Below, piece after piece: positions 47,683-58,109 of a stretch of 64,000 bases of DNA. Source of the stretch: an uncultured Gemmatimonadales bacterium (lineage in GTDB: Bacteria > Gemmatimonadota > Gemmatimonadetes > Gemmatimonadales > GWC2-71-9). Each line of letters starts with the position of its first letter. Position 1 is the stretch's first letter. The notes below the pieces were generated by a model. The model had not been told where the DNA came from, did not search any database, and saw only the letters and a program-made list of their open reading frames with translations. The position numbers and the translations under genes are program-made. Location of the stretch: positions 1,280,001 to 1,344,000 of the forward strand of contig CAVZZO010000001.1 in assembly GCA_963779755.1 (NCBI GenBank), read 5' to 3'.

Positions 47683-49041
47683 TTACCGTGTCTGGTCCAG
47701 GTTTGCCCCATTGCTGCGGATGACTTCGCTGTAGAAGCGGGCGCTGGCCTTGGGGGTACGCTGCTGGGTGGCAAAGTCCACGTGCACCAGCCCGAAACGC
47801 TTGGAGTAGCCTTGGCTCCATTCGTAGTTGTCGAGCAGCGACCAGGCGAAATACCCCCGGAGATCCACGCCCTGCCGCAGTGCCGCCAGGGCCGCGCGGA
47901 GGTGATCATGGTAATACTGCACCCGCAACGGATCGGTCACGCTGCCGTCCCGGGCTTCCGGCGGATCGTAGAACGCGGCGCCGTTCTCGGTGATGTAGAG
48001 CGGCAGCTTGCCGTAGCGGTCCTGTGCCCAGAGCAGCACCCGGGTGAGAGCCTCGGGGTAGACCTCCCAGCCGGTATCGGTGTAGATGTGCCGCGCCTGC
48101 CGCACCGCGGCAGCGCGGACCGGCCAGGCTCCGGGCTCGTTCCGCACCACGCTGCGGGTGTAGTAGTTGATCCCGAGGAAATCGACCGGCTGCCGGATGA
48201 GCTCGAGGTCTGCTTCGGGGAAGTCCGGCCAGGCGTCGCCGAAGATCTCGCGCATCTCCGCCGGATACGACCCGAGCAGCACCGGATCGAGGTACTGCCG
48301 GTTCATGTAGGCGTCGGCCCGCTGGGTGGCCGCGAGGTCTTCCGGCGCCTGCGATGCCGGGTACTTCGGTTCGAGGTTTACCACCAGGCCGATCTGGTGC
48401 CGGCCTGCGGCGCGGTAGGCCTGCACCGCGGTGCCGTGGGCGCGGAGCAGGTTGTGCGCCGCCAGCGGGGCCTCGTACCGGTTGGTGTGGCCCGGGGCGA
48501 GTACCCCGTGCAGATAGCCGCCATCGGTCACCACCCACGGCTCGTTGAGCGTGGCCCAGAGCTTCACCCGGTCGTCCAGCGCCCGGACAACATGGGTGGT
48601 ATAGTCCGCGAACCAGCCGGCAATGTCGCGGTTGAGCCAGCCGCCCCGGTCGTCCAGCGCGGCGGGGAGGTCCCAGTGGTACAGCGTGACCATCGGCTGG
48701 ATGCCGTGCTGCAGCAGCCGGTCCACCAGCCGGTCGTAGAAGGCCAGGCCTGCCGCATTGGGCGCCCCCCGGCCGGCCGGGAAGAGCCGGCTCCAGGAAA
48801 TGCTGAAGCGATAGGCGTTGAGGCCCAGCTGCGCCATCAGCGCGACATCGCCCTCGGCCAGACGGTAGTGATCGCAGGCCACGTCGCCCGTCTCGCCGTT
48901 GGCCGTCCGGCCCGGCGTATGGGCAAAACGGTGCCAGATACTGGGGCCGGCCCCGTCGGCCAGAGGCGAGCCTTCAATCTGATAGGCGGAGGTCGCGGCG
49001 CCCCAGAGAAACCCGGAGGGAACGTGCGTCGATTCGCTCAT
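47683..49041 (-). CDS. GH1 beta-glucosidase
   Basis: FLWGAATSAYQIEG, TLYHWDLP, TLNEP (acid/base), YITENG (nucleophile), WSLLDNYEW. Confidence 0.96.
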   Translation of the reverse strand: MSESTHVPSGFLWGAATSAYQIEGSPLADGAGPSIWHRFAHTPGRTANGETGDVACDHYRLAEGDVALMAQLGLNAYRFSISWSRLFPAGRGAPNAAGLAFYDRLVDRLLQHGIQPMVTLYHWDLPAALDDRGGWLNRDIAGWFADYTTHVVRALDDRVKLWATLNEPWVVTDGGYLHGVLAPGHTNRYEAPLAAHNLLRAHGTAVQAYRAAGRHQIGLVVNLEPKYPASQAPEDLAATQRADAYMNRQYLDPVLLGSYPAEMREIFGDAWPDFPEADLELIRQPVDFLGINYYTRSVVRNEPGAWPVRAAAVRQARHIYTDTGWEVYPEALTRVLLWAQDRYGKLPLYITENGAAFYDPPEARDGSVTDPLRVQYYHDHLRAALAALRQGVDLRGYFAWSLLDNYEWSQGYSKRFGLVHVDFATQQRTPKASARFYSEVIRSNGANLDQTR

Positions 49042-49058
49042 GCCGGTACGGAGATCCC

Positions 49059-50171
49059 ATGGCGAGCGTGAAACTGGAGCAGGTCCGGAAGGCCTACGAG
49101 GCGGGCGGCCGCGAGCGCGTGGCGGTGCATGGGCTCGATCTGGAGGTCGCCGACGGGGAATTCTGCGTCCTGGTGGGGCCGTCCGGCTGCGGCAAGAGCA
49201 CCACGCTGCGCCTGGTGGCCGGTCTGGAGGTGCCGACGGCGGGCCGGGTGTTCATCGGGCCGCGAGAAGTCAGCGACCTGCCGCCCAAGGAGCGGGATAT
49301 CGCCCTGGTATTCCAGAATTATGCCCTGTATCCCCACATGACCGCCTTCGAAAACATGGCGTTTGCGCTGCGGTTGCGCGGCATGCCGCGTCCCGAGATC
49401 GCCCAGCGCGTGCACCAGGCGGCGGCCATGCTGGGTCTGGAGGAGTTGCTGGAACGCCGCCCCCGGCAACTCTCGGGCGGCGAGCGCCAGCGGGTGGCGC
49501 TGGGCCGCGCGATCGTACGGCAGCCGCAGGTGTTCCTCTTCGACGAGCCGCTCTCGAACCTCGATGCCAAGCTCCGCCTGCAGATGCGGCGGGAGATCGC
49601 GGCGCTGCACCGGCGCCTGGGCGCCACCATGATCTACGTGACGCACGACCAGGTCGAGGCCATGACGCTGGGCGACCGCATCGTGGTGCTCAACCAGGGG
49701 CGGGTACAGCAGATCGCCTCGCCCATGGAACTGTACCGCCGGCCGCAGAACGTCTTCGTGGCCGGCTTCATCGGCAGCCCGGCGATGAATCTAGCCGAGG
49801 GAGTAATCACACGCGAGGATCCGCCGCGCGTCCTGCTGGGTGAGGGCGGCCCCGTTCTCGAGCCGGCCGCCGCCTGGCGCGCCGCCCTCGCCTCCCGCGC
49901 GGGTCGCTCCATCATGGTGGGCATCCGGCCCGAGAGCCTGCGGCTGGCGGGCGAGGGCGAACCGGGGTTGCCCGGGGAAGTCGAGCTGGCCGAGCCGCTG
50001 GGTAACGAAACGCTGCTGCACGTGCGGGCGGGCGAGCGCACCTGGACCGCCCGGCTCGCTCCCGGCGCCGGCTTGCGCACCGGCGACCCCGTCCGGCTCA
50101 CCTGGGACCCGGGAGAGCTGCACTTCTTCGATGCTCAGAGCGGGGCGAGGGTGGTGGGAAGCGAGGACTGA
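49059..50171 (+). CDS. Sugar ABC transporter ATP-binding subunit (MsmX/MalK/UgpC-like)
   Basis: GPSGCGKST, FQNYALYPHM, LSGGERQR, DEPLSNLDAKLR, YVTHDQ; C-terminal TOBE. Confidence 0.95.
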   Translation: MASVKLEQVRKAYEAGGRERVAVHGLDLEVADGEFCVLVGPSGCGKSTTLRLVAGLEVPTAGRVFIGPREVSDLPPKERDIALVFQNYALYPHMTAFENMAFALRLRGMPRPEIAQRVHQAAAMLGLEELLERRPRQLSGGERQRVALGRAIVRQPQVFLFDEPLSNLDAKLRLQMRREIAALHRRLGATMIYVTHDQVEAMTLGDRIVVLNQGRVQQIASPMELYRRPQNVFVAGFIGSPAMNLAEGVITREDPPRVLLGEGGPVLEPAAAWRAALASRAGRSIMVGIRPESLRLAGEGEPGLPGEVELAEPLGNETLLHVRAGERTWTARLAPGAGLRTGDPVRLTWDPGELHFFDAQSGARVVGSED

Positions 50172-50410
50172 GAACGGAGATCGGGAAAGCCGGCGGGCCA
50201 CCCTGCCGCGCTCAGGGCAGTCCCATCTGCCCTCCCATCGCGCGGGAGCGCGGGGTTTCCCGCAGCTCCCGGAACTGCCGATCCACTCTGAGAGACGCCA
50301 TCCGATGCGAGCGCGACATCAGCGCCGGGGCCCGCCCGTGAGCCGCCTCACGACCTTCCCGGCCCGGGAGCGGTACTATTGCCCATGCCGCCCGGGTCGG
50401 GATCGAGACG

Positions 50411-51364
50411 ATGAAGCTGAAACCAGGCGCAGGACTGGGATGGGTCGCGCTGCTGGCCGCCTGCGGCGGTGGGGCTGCCCCGCTGCCACCCCCAGGCACC
50501 CCGCCGGAGTTGCTGGCGCTCCAGAACGCCGCTGTGCTCCTCACCGTGGGTGACATTGCCAGGTGCGACGCATCAGGCGACGAGCGTACCGCCGCCCTCG
50601 CCGACAGCCTGCTGCGTGCCGACAGCGCCGCCGGGGTTCCCGCCACCCTCGTCACGGTGGGCGACAACGCCTACCCGGCCGGGAGCTATCAGGACTTCAC
50701 CCGCTGCTTCGCCCCATCCTGGGGCAGCTATCCCCTGATCCTCGGCGCGATTCACCCCGCGCCCGGCAACCACGAGTACGGAGCCAATCCCGAGGCGAAC
50801 GGTTACTTCCGCTACTTCGGCGACCGGGCCGGCGACCCGGACAAAGGATACTACAGTTTCGATTTCCAGGGCTGGCACATCGTGGTGCTGAATACCCAGA
50901 TCGTGGTAGGCTCGGAGTTCTCCCAGAAGGAGCGCCAGGCGCAGGAGTCCTGGCTGGAGGGGGACCTGCAGGGCCACGCGGCGAAATGCACCATCGCGGT
51001 GGGGCACCATCCGCGTTTCACGTCGGGCCCCCACGGTAGCGATCGCCGCCTGGAACCGTTGTGGGCCATCATGCAGCGCGAGCACGTGGATATCGTGGTA
51101 AGCGGACACGATCACCACTACGAGCGGTTCGCTCCCCAGACCCCCACCGGCGAGGCGGATTCGACCGGGATCGTCGAATTCGTGGCCGGAACCGGCGGCG
51201 GCAACCTGCGCGCAGTCCGCGCCCGCCCCGCGCCCAATAGCATCTGGCGGCTTCAGGGCCGTTACGGGCTGCTCAAGCTCACCCTGGGGCAGGGGCGCTA
51301 TCAGTGGGAGTTTCTCGACACGGCCGGCCGGACGCTGGATGCGGGCGAGGCGACATGCCATTAG
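50411..51364 (+). CDS. Calcineurin-like metallophosphoesterase lipoprotein (acid/alkaline phosphatase-like)
   Basis: LLAAC; VGD, GDNAY, PGNHEY, HHP, SGHDHHYER. Confidence 0.88.
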   Translation: MKLKPGAGLGWVALLAACGGGAAPLPPPGTPPELLALQNAAVLLTVGDIARCDASGDERTAALADSLLRADSAAGVPATLVTVGDNAYPAGSYQDFTRCFAPSWGSYPLILGAIHPAPGNHEYGANPEANGYFRYFGDRAGDPDKGYYSFDFQGWHIVVLNTQIVVGSEFSQKERQAQESWLEGDLQGHAAKCTIAVGHHPRFTSGPHGSDRRLEPLWAIMQREHVDIVVSGHDHHYERFAPQTPTGEADSTGIVEFVAGTGGGNLRAVRARPAPNSIWRLQGRYGLLKLTLGQGRYQWEFLDTAGRTLDAGEATCH

Positions 51365-51379
51365 TCCGGGAGCGACGGG

Positions 51380-51586
51380 TCACTCCAGCGAAAGCTCACG
51401 CTCCACTTCCAGGAAGGTGTCCAGCCCGTCCACATCCAGGCGGGCGCGAGCCCGCACCCGGCCGCCCTTCGGGAGGGTGCCGTCGCGCTGGGCGCTGCGG
51501 ACCGACTTCTCGATCTCCCGCTGGGCCGAGACGCCGAACTCCTTCAGAAACTTGCGGATCTCCAGGTTCAGTACGTCCTCGTTCAT
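51380..51586 (-). CDS. Small conserved protein (DUF6494-like)
   Basis: MNEDVLNLEIRKFLKEFGVSAQREIEK; SD GAGG upstream; family recognised from memory. Confidence 0.7.
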   Translation of the reverse strand: MNEDVLNLEIRKFLKEFGVSAQREIEKSVRSAQRDGTLPKGGRVRARARLDVDGLDTFLEVERELSLE

Positions 51587-51645
51587 CGTGACCTCGCGGC
51601 TGTTCCTCGTTGCTGGTTCCCTGTCCTCGATCCCCTGTCCCTTGC

Positions 51646-53094
51646 CTAGGTTACGGCCGGGATTCTCTGGTTCCCCGGCATCCAGACCGGCTCCCCGTCG
51701 ATATGCTCCGGCACCGCCACGCCCAGCCAGTGGCACAGGGCGGGGAAGATATCCACCGTCCGGAGCGTTTCCTCCGGCAGCGGGTGGCTGCTCCAGAGCG
51801 GCGTCTGCATGTGAGAGCGGCAGAGGCTGCCGTGCCCCGAGCGGTGCTCGGGGACCTCATAGCGCTTGCGGAAGTCGAAGCCCTCCTCCGCCACCACCAC
51901 CAGATCGCCGGTGCGGGGAGCGCGGAACTGGTCGAGCAGCTGCCAGGCGGCGTCGGGCCACTGACCGTCCCAGGAGGCGGCGAGCCATTCGCGGGCGCTC
52001 CGCACCGCCGCTCCACCCAGCTCGAGCGGGTCGGCGGAGTGCGGGGTATAGCGGATGCCGTCCCCGGTGTGCTCCAGTTGCGCCTCGCCGCGCCGGTTGA
52101 CCACCAGCAGGCCCCCGCGCTCGCTCTCCCCGGCGACGAATGCCACGCCCGGCTGATTGACCAGGGCCTCCACCAGGTCATGGCTGGAGTCGAACGTCTC
52201 CGGCCGGCGCAGCCGCTCGACGGGCCAGCGTGCGTCTCGCCGGGTTCCCGGGCGTGCGTAGACCATGGCTGAGGCGTTCCCCGCGACCATCACCGCGGCG
52301 CGGGGATCCCGCTCCCACAACACCGGATGGGACAGGGTGGGGACGCCCTGGGCGCGGAACCAGTCGGCCAGGTCGAGGTGGATCATCATGGGCGAGGCGC
52401 CGTGGTCGCTGACCACGGCGATCAGCGTGTCTTCCAGTTCCTCCCGCTGCGCCAGCCGCTCGCGTACCAGCGCGATGGTCCGGTCCACCCGCCGCAAGGC
52501 CCGAAGCACGCCGGGCCCGCGCGGATGTTGCTGATGGGTATAGCCGTCGACGGCGGGAAATTGGGCAAAGATGAATCGCCAGGGCCGGTCGAGTTCGCGC
52601 AGCAGGTGCCGGCTCACCGCATTGTCCGAGGGCTGGTGCCACTGCAGATAGTGGGCGGCCGCGCCCCAGAGCTTCCGCTCCAGCCTGGCGGGGTCGCGTC
52701 CGGGCGCGAGCCCCCGCCCCACCGGGGTGAAGATCGCCAGGCTCTCGGGCACCAGCTGGAACAGCGTGGCCACCTGGGGCGAGATATCGCCGTCCAGCAG
52801 ATCGCTCTGGTAGCCGCAATAGCTGCGCACCGCCCCGCGGTCGCGCCACCACCGCCCGCGATAGCGGGTGCGGTCCAGCCAGCGAATGGACGGAATGTTG
52901 CACCGGCCCGGCGTGCACCCGGTGAGGAACGGGAGGTAGGCCACACTGGTCGTGGAGGGGAAGCTGGTAATGGCCCGCCCCCGGCCGCCCGAGGCGGTCA
53001 GCTCACCTAGCGCCGGCAGGTTTCCCCGCGCGAATTCCTCTTCCAGCACGTCCGGCCGGAGGCCGTCCACCAGGAGCAGCAGGCAGCGCTTCAT
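51646..53094 (-). CDS. Alkaline phosphatase superfamily / nucleotide pyrophosphatase-phosphodiesterase
   Basis: LLLVDGLRPD, FPSTT nucleophile, VDGYTH, VSDHG, SGHGS. Confidence 0.88.
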   Translation of the reverse strand: MKRCLLLLVDGLRPDVLEEEFARGNLPALGELTASGGRGRAITSFPSTTSVAYLPFLTGCTPGRCNIPSIRWLDRTRYRGRWWRDRGAVRSYCGYQSDLLDGDISPQVATLFQLVPESLAIFTPVGRGLAPGRDPARLERKLWGAAAHYLQWHQPSDNAVSRHLLRELDRPWRFIFAQFPAVDGYTHQQHPRGPGVLRALRRVDRTIALVRERLAQREELEDTLIAVVSDHGASPMMIHLDLADWFRAQGVPTLSHPVLWERDPRAAVMVAGNASAMVYARPGTRRDARWPVERLRRPETFDSSHDLVEALVNQPGVAFVAGESERGGLLVVNRRGEAQLEHTGDGIRYTPHSADPLELGGAAVRSAREWLAASWDGQWPDAAWQLLDQFRAPRTGDLVVVAEEGFDFRKRYEVPEHRSGHGSLCRSHMQTPLWSSHPLPEETLRTVDIFPALCHWLGVAVPEHIDGEPVWMPGNQRIPAVT

Positions 53095-53240
53095 TCCGTT
53101 CCTTGTCCGGTTGATGGATCCCCACCCCGCGCATCGTTTACTCACAGGAGCACGCCGAGTGCGCCGAGGTACGCAGAGAACGACGTTTTATGGTTTCATC
53201 CGGAGAGATCCGGCTTCCGGACGCCGTCCGGGTTGGGATC

Positions 53241-54464
53241 TCAGGCCTGCCAGATGACCCGCCCGCCCCGGAATGCCAACCGGCAGTCGTTGGGGCGAAA
53301 ATGATAAAGCCAGTGGTTTATGCCGGGGGCGTCGATCACCGCCAGGTCGGCCGCCTTGCCCGGCTCTACCGACCCGATCTCCCCCTCCAGCCGCAGCGCG
53401 CGGGCGGCATAGAACGTAGCGCCCTTCAGCGCCTCCGCCGGTGTCATCCGCTGCAGGGTGCAGGCGAGGAGCATCGCCAGCGGCAGATGATAGCTGGGAG
53501 CCGACCCGGGGTTGAAATCGGTTGCCACCGCCACCCCTACGCCCGCACGGATCGCCCGCCGTGCGGGGAACGGCGTCTGCTGCAGATAGAGCGTGGCCAG
53601 CGGCAGGCTCACAGCCACGGTCCCCGCCGCCGCCAGGGCCCGCAGTCCTTCGTCGGTGGCGAATTCCAGATGGTCCGCCGACGCCGCTTGCACCTCGGCG
53701 GCCAGCTCGGCGCCGCCGCCCGCCGTCAGCTGATCGGCGTGCAGCTTCGGCAGCAGTCCGGCCGCCCGGCCGGCCAGCAGGATGCGGCGCGCCTCGTCCG
53801 GTGTGAAGGCGGACTGTTCCAGAAAAACGTCGCAGAAACGGGCGAGCCCGGCGGCACCGATCGCCGGGATCATGCCGTTGATCAGCAGGTCGACGTAGGC
53901 GGCGCGGCGGTCGCGATACTCCGGGGGGACCGCATGCGCGCCCAGGTAGGTCGCCACCAGCCGCTGCGGTGCCGTGCCGGCCAGCTCGCGGTAGAGCTGC
54001 AGGATGCGGAGCTCGGTATCCCGGTCGAGACCGTAACCGCTCTTGCACTCGACCGTGGTGACGCCGAGCCGGGCCATGGCCTGCAGTGTCTCGAGACAGC
54101 GGGCCCGCAGCTCTTCGGTGGAGGCCGCCCGGGTCTGCGCCACGGTCGCCGCGATGCCTCCGCCCGCGTGAGCGATTTCCAGATAACTCCGGCCCAGGAT
54201 GCGCTGCTCGAACTCGTCCGCGCGCCAGCCGCCGAAGGCCAGATGGGTGTGACAGTCCACCAGGCCGGGGATCACCAGGCCGCCCCCGGCGTCCCACACC
54301 TGCCCGCCCGCTATCTGCGGCGGGAGGCCCGACTCCGGCCCCACCCAGCGGATCCGGCCGGCGTCGTCCCAGGCCACCGCCGCGCGGGGGATGGGATGAA
54401 CCGCTCCCTGGCCGCCGTCGGCCCGGCAGGTGGCGAGCAGGCCGATGTTGCGGAGGAGAGGCAT
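53241..54464 (-). CDS. hutI: Imidazolonepropionase
   Basis: PGLVDCHTHL, GGGI, ECKSGYGL, KLHADQL, SADHLE, ATDFNPGS. Confidence 0.96.
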   Translation of the reverse strand: MPLLRNIGLLATCRADGGQGAVHPIPRAAVAWDDAGRIRWVGPESGLPPQIAGGQVWDAGGGLVIPGLVDCHTHLAFGGWRADEFEQRILGRSYLEIAHAGGGIAATVAQTRAASTEELRARCLETLQAMARLGVTTVECKSGYGLDRDTELRILQLYRELAGTAPQRLVATYLGAHAVPPEYRDRRAAYVDLLINGMIPAIGAAGLARFCDVFLEQSAFTPDEARRILLAGRAAGLLPKLHADQLTAGGGAELAAEVQAASADHLEFATDEGLRALAAAGTVAVSLPLATLYLQQTPFPARRAIRAGVGVAVATDFNPGSAPSYHLPLAMLLACTLQRMTPAEALKGATFYAARALRLEGEIGSVEPGKAADLAVIDAPGINHWLYHFRPNDCRLAFRGGRVIWQA

Positions 54465-54469
54465 TCAGA

Positions 54470-54583
54470 CGGTAAGCGGTAAGCGGTGAGCGGTAAGTGG
54501 GGGCGCACTCGGATACCACCGCCTGCCGGTCACGATCACGGTTGCCTCAGTCCGCTCACCGCTCACCGTTTACCGCTCACCGT
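54470..54583. repeat. Inverted pair of GCGGTRA heptamer tracts with a ~54-bp spacer between hutU and hutI
   Basis: cggtaagcggtaagcggtgagcggtaag ... ccgctcaccgctcaccgtttaccgctcaccg; contains the hutU stop. Confidence 0.92.
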
Positions 54584-56252
54584 TGACCATCGGAAGATCC
54601 ACCCCGCGCTCCTTCGCGGTCTGGACGGCCAGCTCGTAACCGGCATCGGCGTGGCGCATGACGCCGGTGCCGGGATCGGCGGTGAGGACCCGCTGGAGCC
54701 GGCGGTCGGCCATGTCGGTCCCGTCGGCGACACAGACCATGCCGGCGTGGATCGAGTATCCGATGCCTACGCCGCCCCCGTGATGCAGGCTCACCCAGCT
54801 CGCCCCGCAGGCCGTATTGAGCATGGCGTTGAGCAGGGGCCAGTCCGCGATGGCATCGGATCCGTCCTTCATCCCTTCCGTCTCCCGGTTGGGCGAAGCC
54901 ACTGAGCCGGCATCGAGGTGATCGCGTCCGATGACCAGCGGCGCGCGCACCTTGCCCTTCTTCACCAGCCAGTTGAACCGCAGACCCATCTCGGCGCGCT
55001 CGCCATACTCCAGCCAGCAGATCCGGGCCGGCAATCCCTGGAAGTGCACCCGGGCGCGGGCCTGCTCGATCCAGCGCACCAGGCTCTTCTTCTGCGGGAA
55101 AGTCTCCAGCACCGCCTCGTCGGTGGCGGCAATATCGGCCGGGTCGCCGGAGAGGGCGGCCCAGCGGAAGGGGCCGGCGCCGCGGCAGAACAGCGGGCGG
55201 ATGAATGCCGGAACGAACCCGGGAATATCGAAGGCCCTGGCCATGTCCCGGTGATCCGCCACCTGGCCCCGGAGGTTGTTGCCATAGTCGAACACGATGG
55301 CCCCGGCACGCTGGAGGTCGAGCATCGCGTCTACGTGCACGACCATGGAGTCGAGGACCCGCGTTTCATAGGCGGCCGGGTCCCGCGCCCGCAGCTCGGC
55401 GGCCTGATCGAGCGAGAGCCCGGTAGGGATATAGCCCAGCCGCAGATCGTGCGCCGAGGTCTGGTCGGTGACCACATCGAGGCCAACCCCCCGGCGGACT
55501 ATCTCCGGCAGGACCTCGGCGATGTTTCCCACCAGCCCGACCGACAGCGCCTGGCGCCGTTCACGTGCCTGCTGCACCCGTTCGAGGGCGTCGTCCAGGC
55601 TGTCGGTGAGCACGTCGCAGTAGCCGGTATCCACCCGGCGGCGGATGCGCTCGGCATCCACGTCGACGCCCAGGAACGCGGCCCCGTTCATGGTCGCCGC
55701 CAGCGGCTGGGCGCCGCCCATGCCGCCCAGCCCGCCGGTCACCACCAGCCGGCCGCTCAGCGTCCCGCCGAAGTGCTGCCGGGCCAGCTCGGCGAAGGTT
55801 TCATAGGTGCCCTGCAGGATTCCCTGGGTGCCGATATAGATCCAGGAACCCGCCGTCATCTGGCCGTACATCGTGAGCCCCAGTGCATCCAGCCGCCGGA
55901 ACTCGTCCCAGGTGGCCCAGCGGGGCACCAGATTGGCATTGGCGATGAGCACCCGCGGGGCCTCCTCGTGCGTGCGGAAGACGCCCACCGGTTTTCCGCT
56001 CTGCACCAGAAGCGTTTCATCGTTCTTCAGCCGCCGCAACGTGGCGACGATGGCCTCGAAACATTCCCAGTTCCGCGCCGCCTTGCCGCCGCCACCATAG
56101 ACGATCAGCTCGTCGGGGCGCTCCGCTACCGCCGGATCCAGGTTGTTCATCAGCATCCGCAGAGCGGCTTCCTGGTGCCAGCCCCGACAGGAAAGGCTCG
56201 TGCCGGTCGGGGCTTTGATCGTTGGTGCAGCCGTGCTGGATGGATTGCTCAT
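54570..56252 (-). CDS. hutU: Urocanate hydratase
   Basis: [48 protein letters not shown]. Confidence 0.98.
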   Translation of the reverse strand: MSNPSSTAAPTIKAPTGTSLSCRGWHQEAALRMLMNNLDPAVAERPDELIVYGGGGKAARNWECFEAIVATLRRLKNDETLLVQSGKPVGVFRTHEEAPRVLIANANLVPRWATWDEFRRLDALGLTMYGQMTAGSWIYIGTQGILQGTYETFAELARQHFGGTLSGRLVVTGGLGGMGGAQPLAATMNGAAFLGVDVDAERIRRRVDTGYCDVLTDSLDDALERVQQARERRQALSVGLVGNIAEVLPEIVRRGVGLDVVTDQTSAHDLRLGYIPTGLSLDQAAELRARDPAAYETRVLDSMVVHVDAMLDLQRAGAIVFDYGNNLRGQVADHRDMARAFDIPGFVPAFIRPLFCRGAGPFRWAALSGDPADIAATDEAVLETFPQKKSLVRWIEQARARVHFQGLPARICWLEYGERAEMGLRFNWLVKKGKVRAPLVIGRDHLDAGSVASPNRETEGMKDGSDAIADWPLLNAMLNTACGASWVSLHHGGGVGIGYSIHAGMVCVADGTDMADRRLQRVLTADPGTGVMRHADAGYELAVQTAKERGVDLPMVNGER

Positions 56253-56360
56253 GACGATGCTCCCGGGATGCCGGAAAGGTAATACCGGCGCCCGCGCTCC
56301 CCGGCCCGCGTCGCGCCCGCCGGGAGTGGTCGAAGAGGTCGACAGGCTCGAGGTCAAGCA

Positions 56361-56388
56361 GAACGCCCGCCTGGAGGGCGGGCGTTCC
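56361..56388. terminator. GC-rich hairpin downstream of degP
   Basis: gaacgcccgcc-tggag-ggcgggcgttc. Confidence 0.7.
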
Positions 56389-56411
56389 GTTCCGGGGTAC
56401 TGCTCCGGGAC

Positions 56412-57950
<1,539 letters not shown>

Positions 57951-57993
57951 GCGTTGTACCTGTGCTAGAGAAATCGTACGGTTGATTCAATAC

Positions 57994-58019
57994 TAACGGG
58001 ATGCGCGGTCCGCCGTTTC
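57994..58019 (-). promoter_or_regulatory. Putative ECF-sigma promoter for degP
   Basis: Minus strand GAAAC-N16-CGTTA, about 45 bp upstream of the ATG. Confidence 0.5.
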
Positions 58020-58109
58020 GGTCGCACGGTCAGGAACGCGGAGGCCGGGACGCGCCTCGCGCGCGCCCGGCCCCCGGTCCCACCGCCGAACTGACGGCGG
58101 GCGAACGAC

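Noticed and set aside
43594..49071. 1825-aa giant ORF in the ORF track
   Set aside because: It is a composite: an off-frame overlap of the permease, then the real gene from ATG 44335, then read-through of repeats and GH1 antisense. Not credible as one evolved protein.
35284..50171. Genomic island integrated at tRNA-Leu
   Set aside because: No integrase or transposase, no duplicated tRNA 3' end seen, the locus lies on the 5' side of the tRNA, and composition is similar to the flanks.
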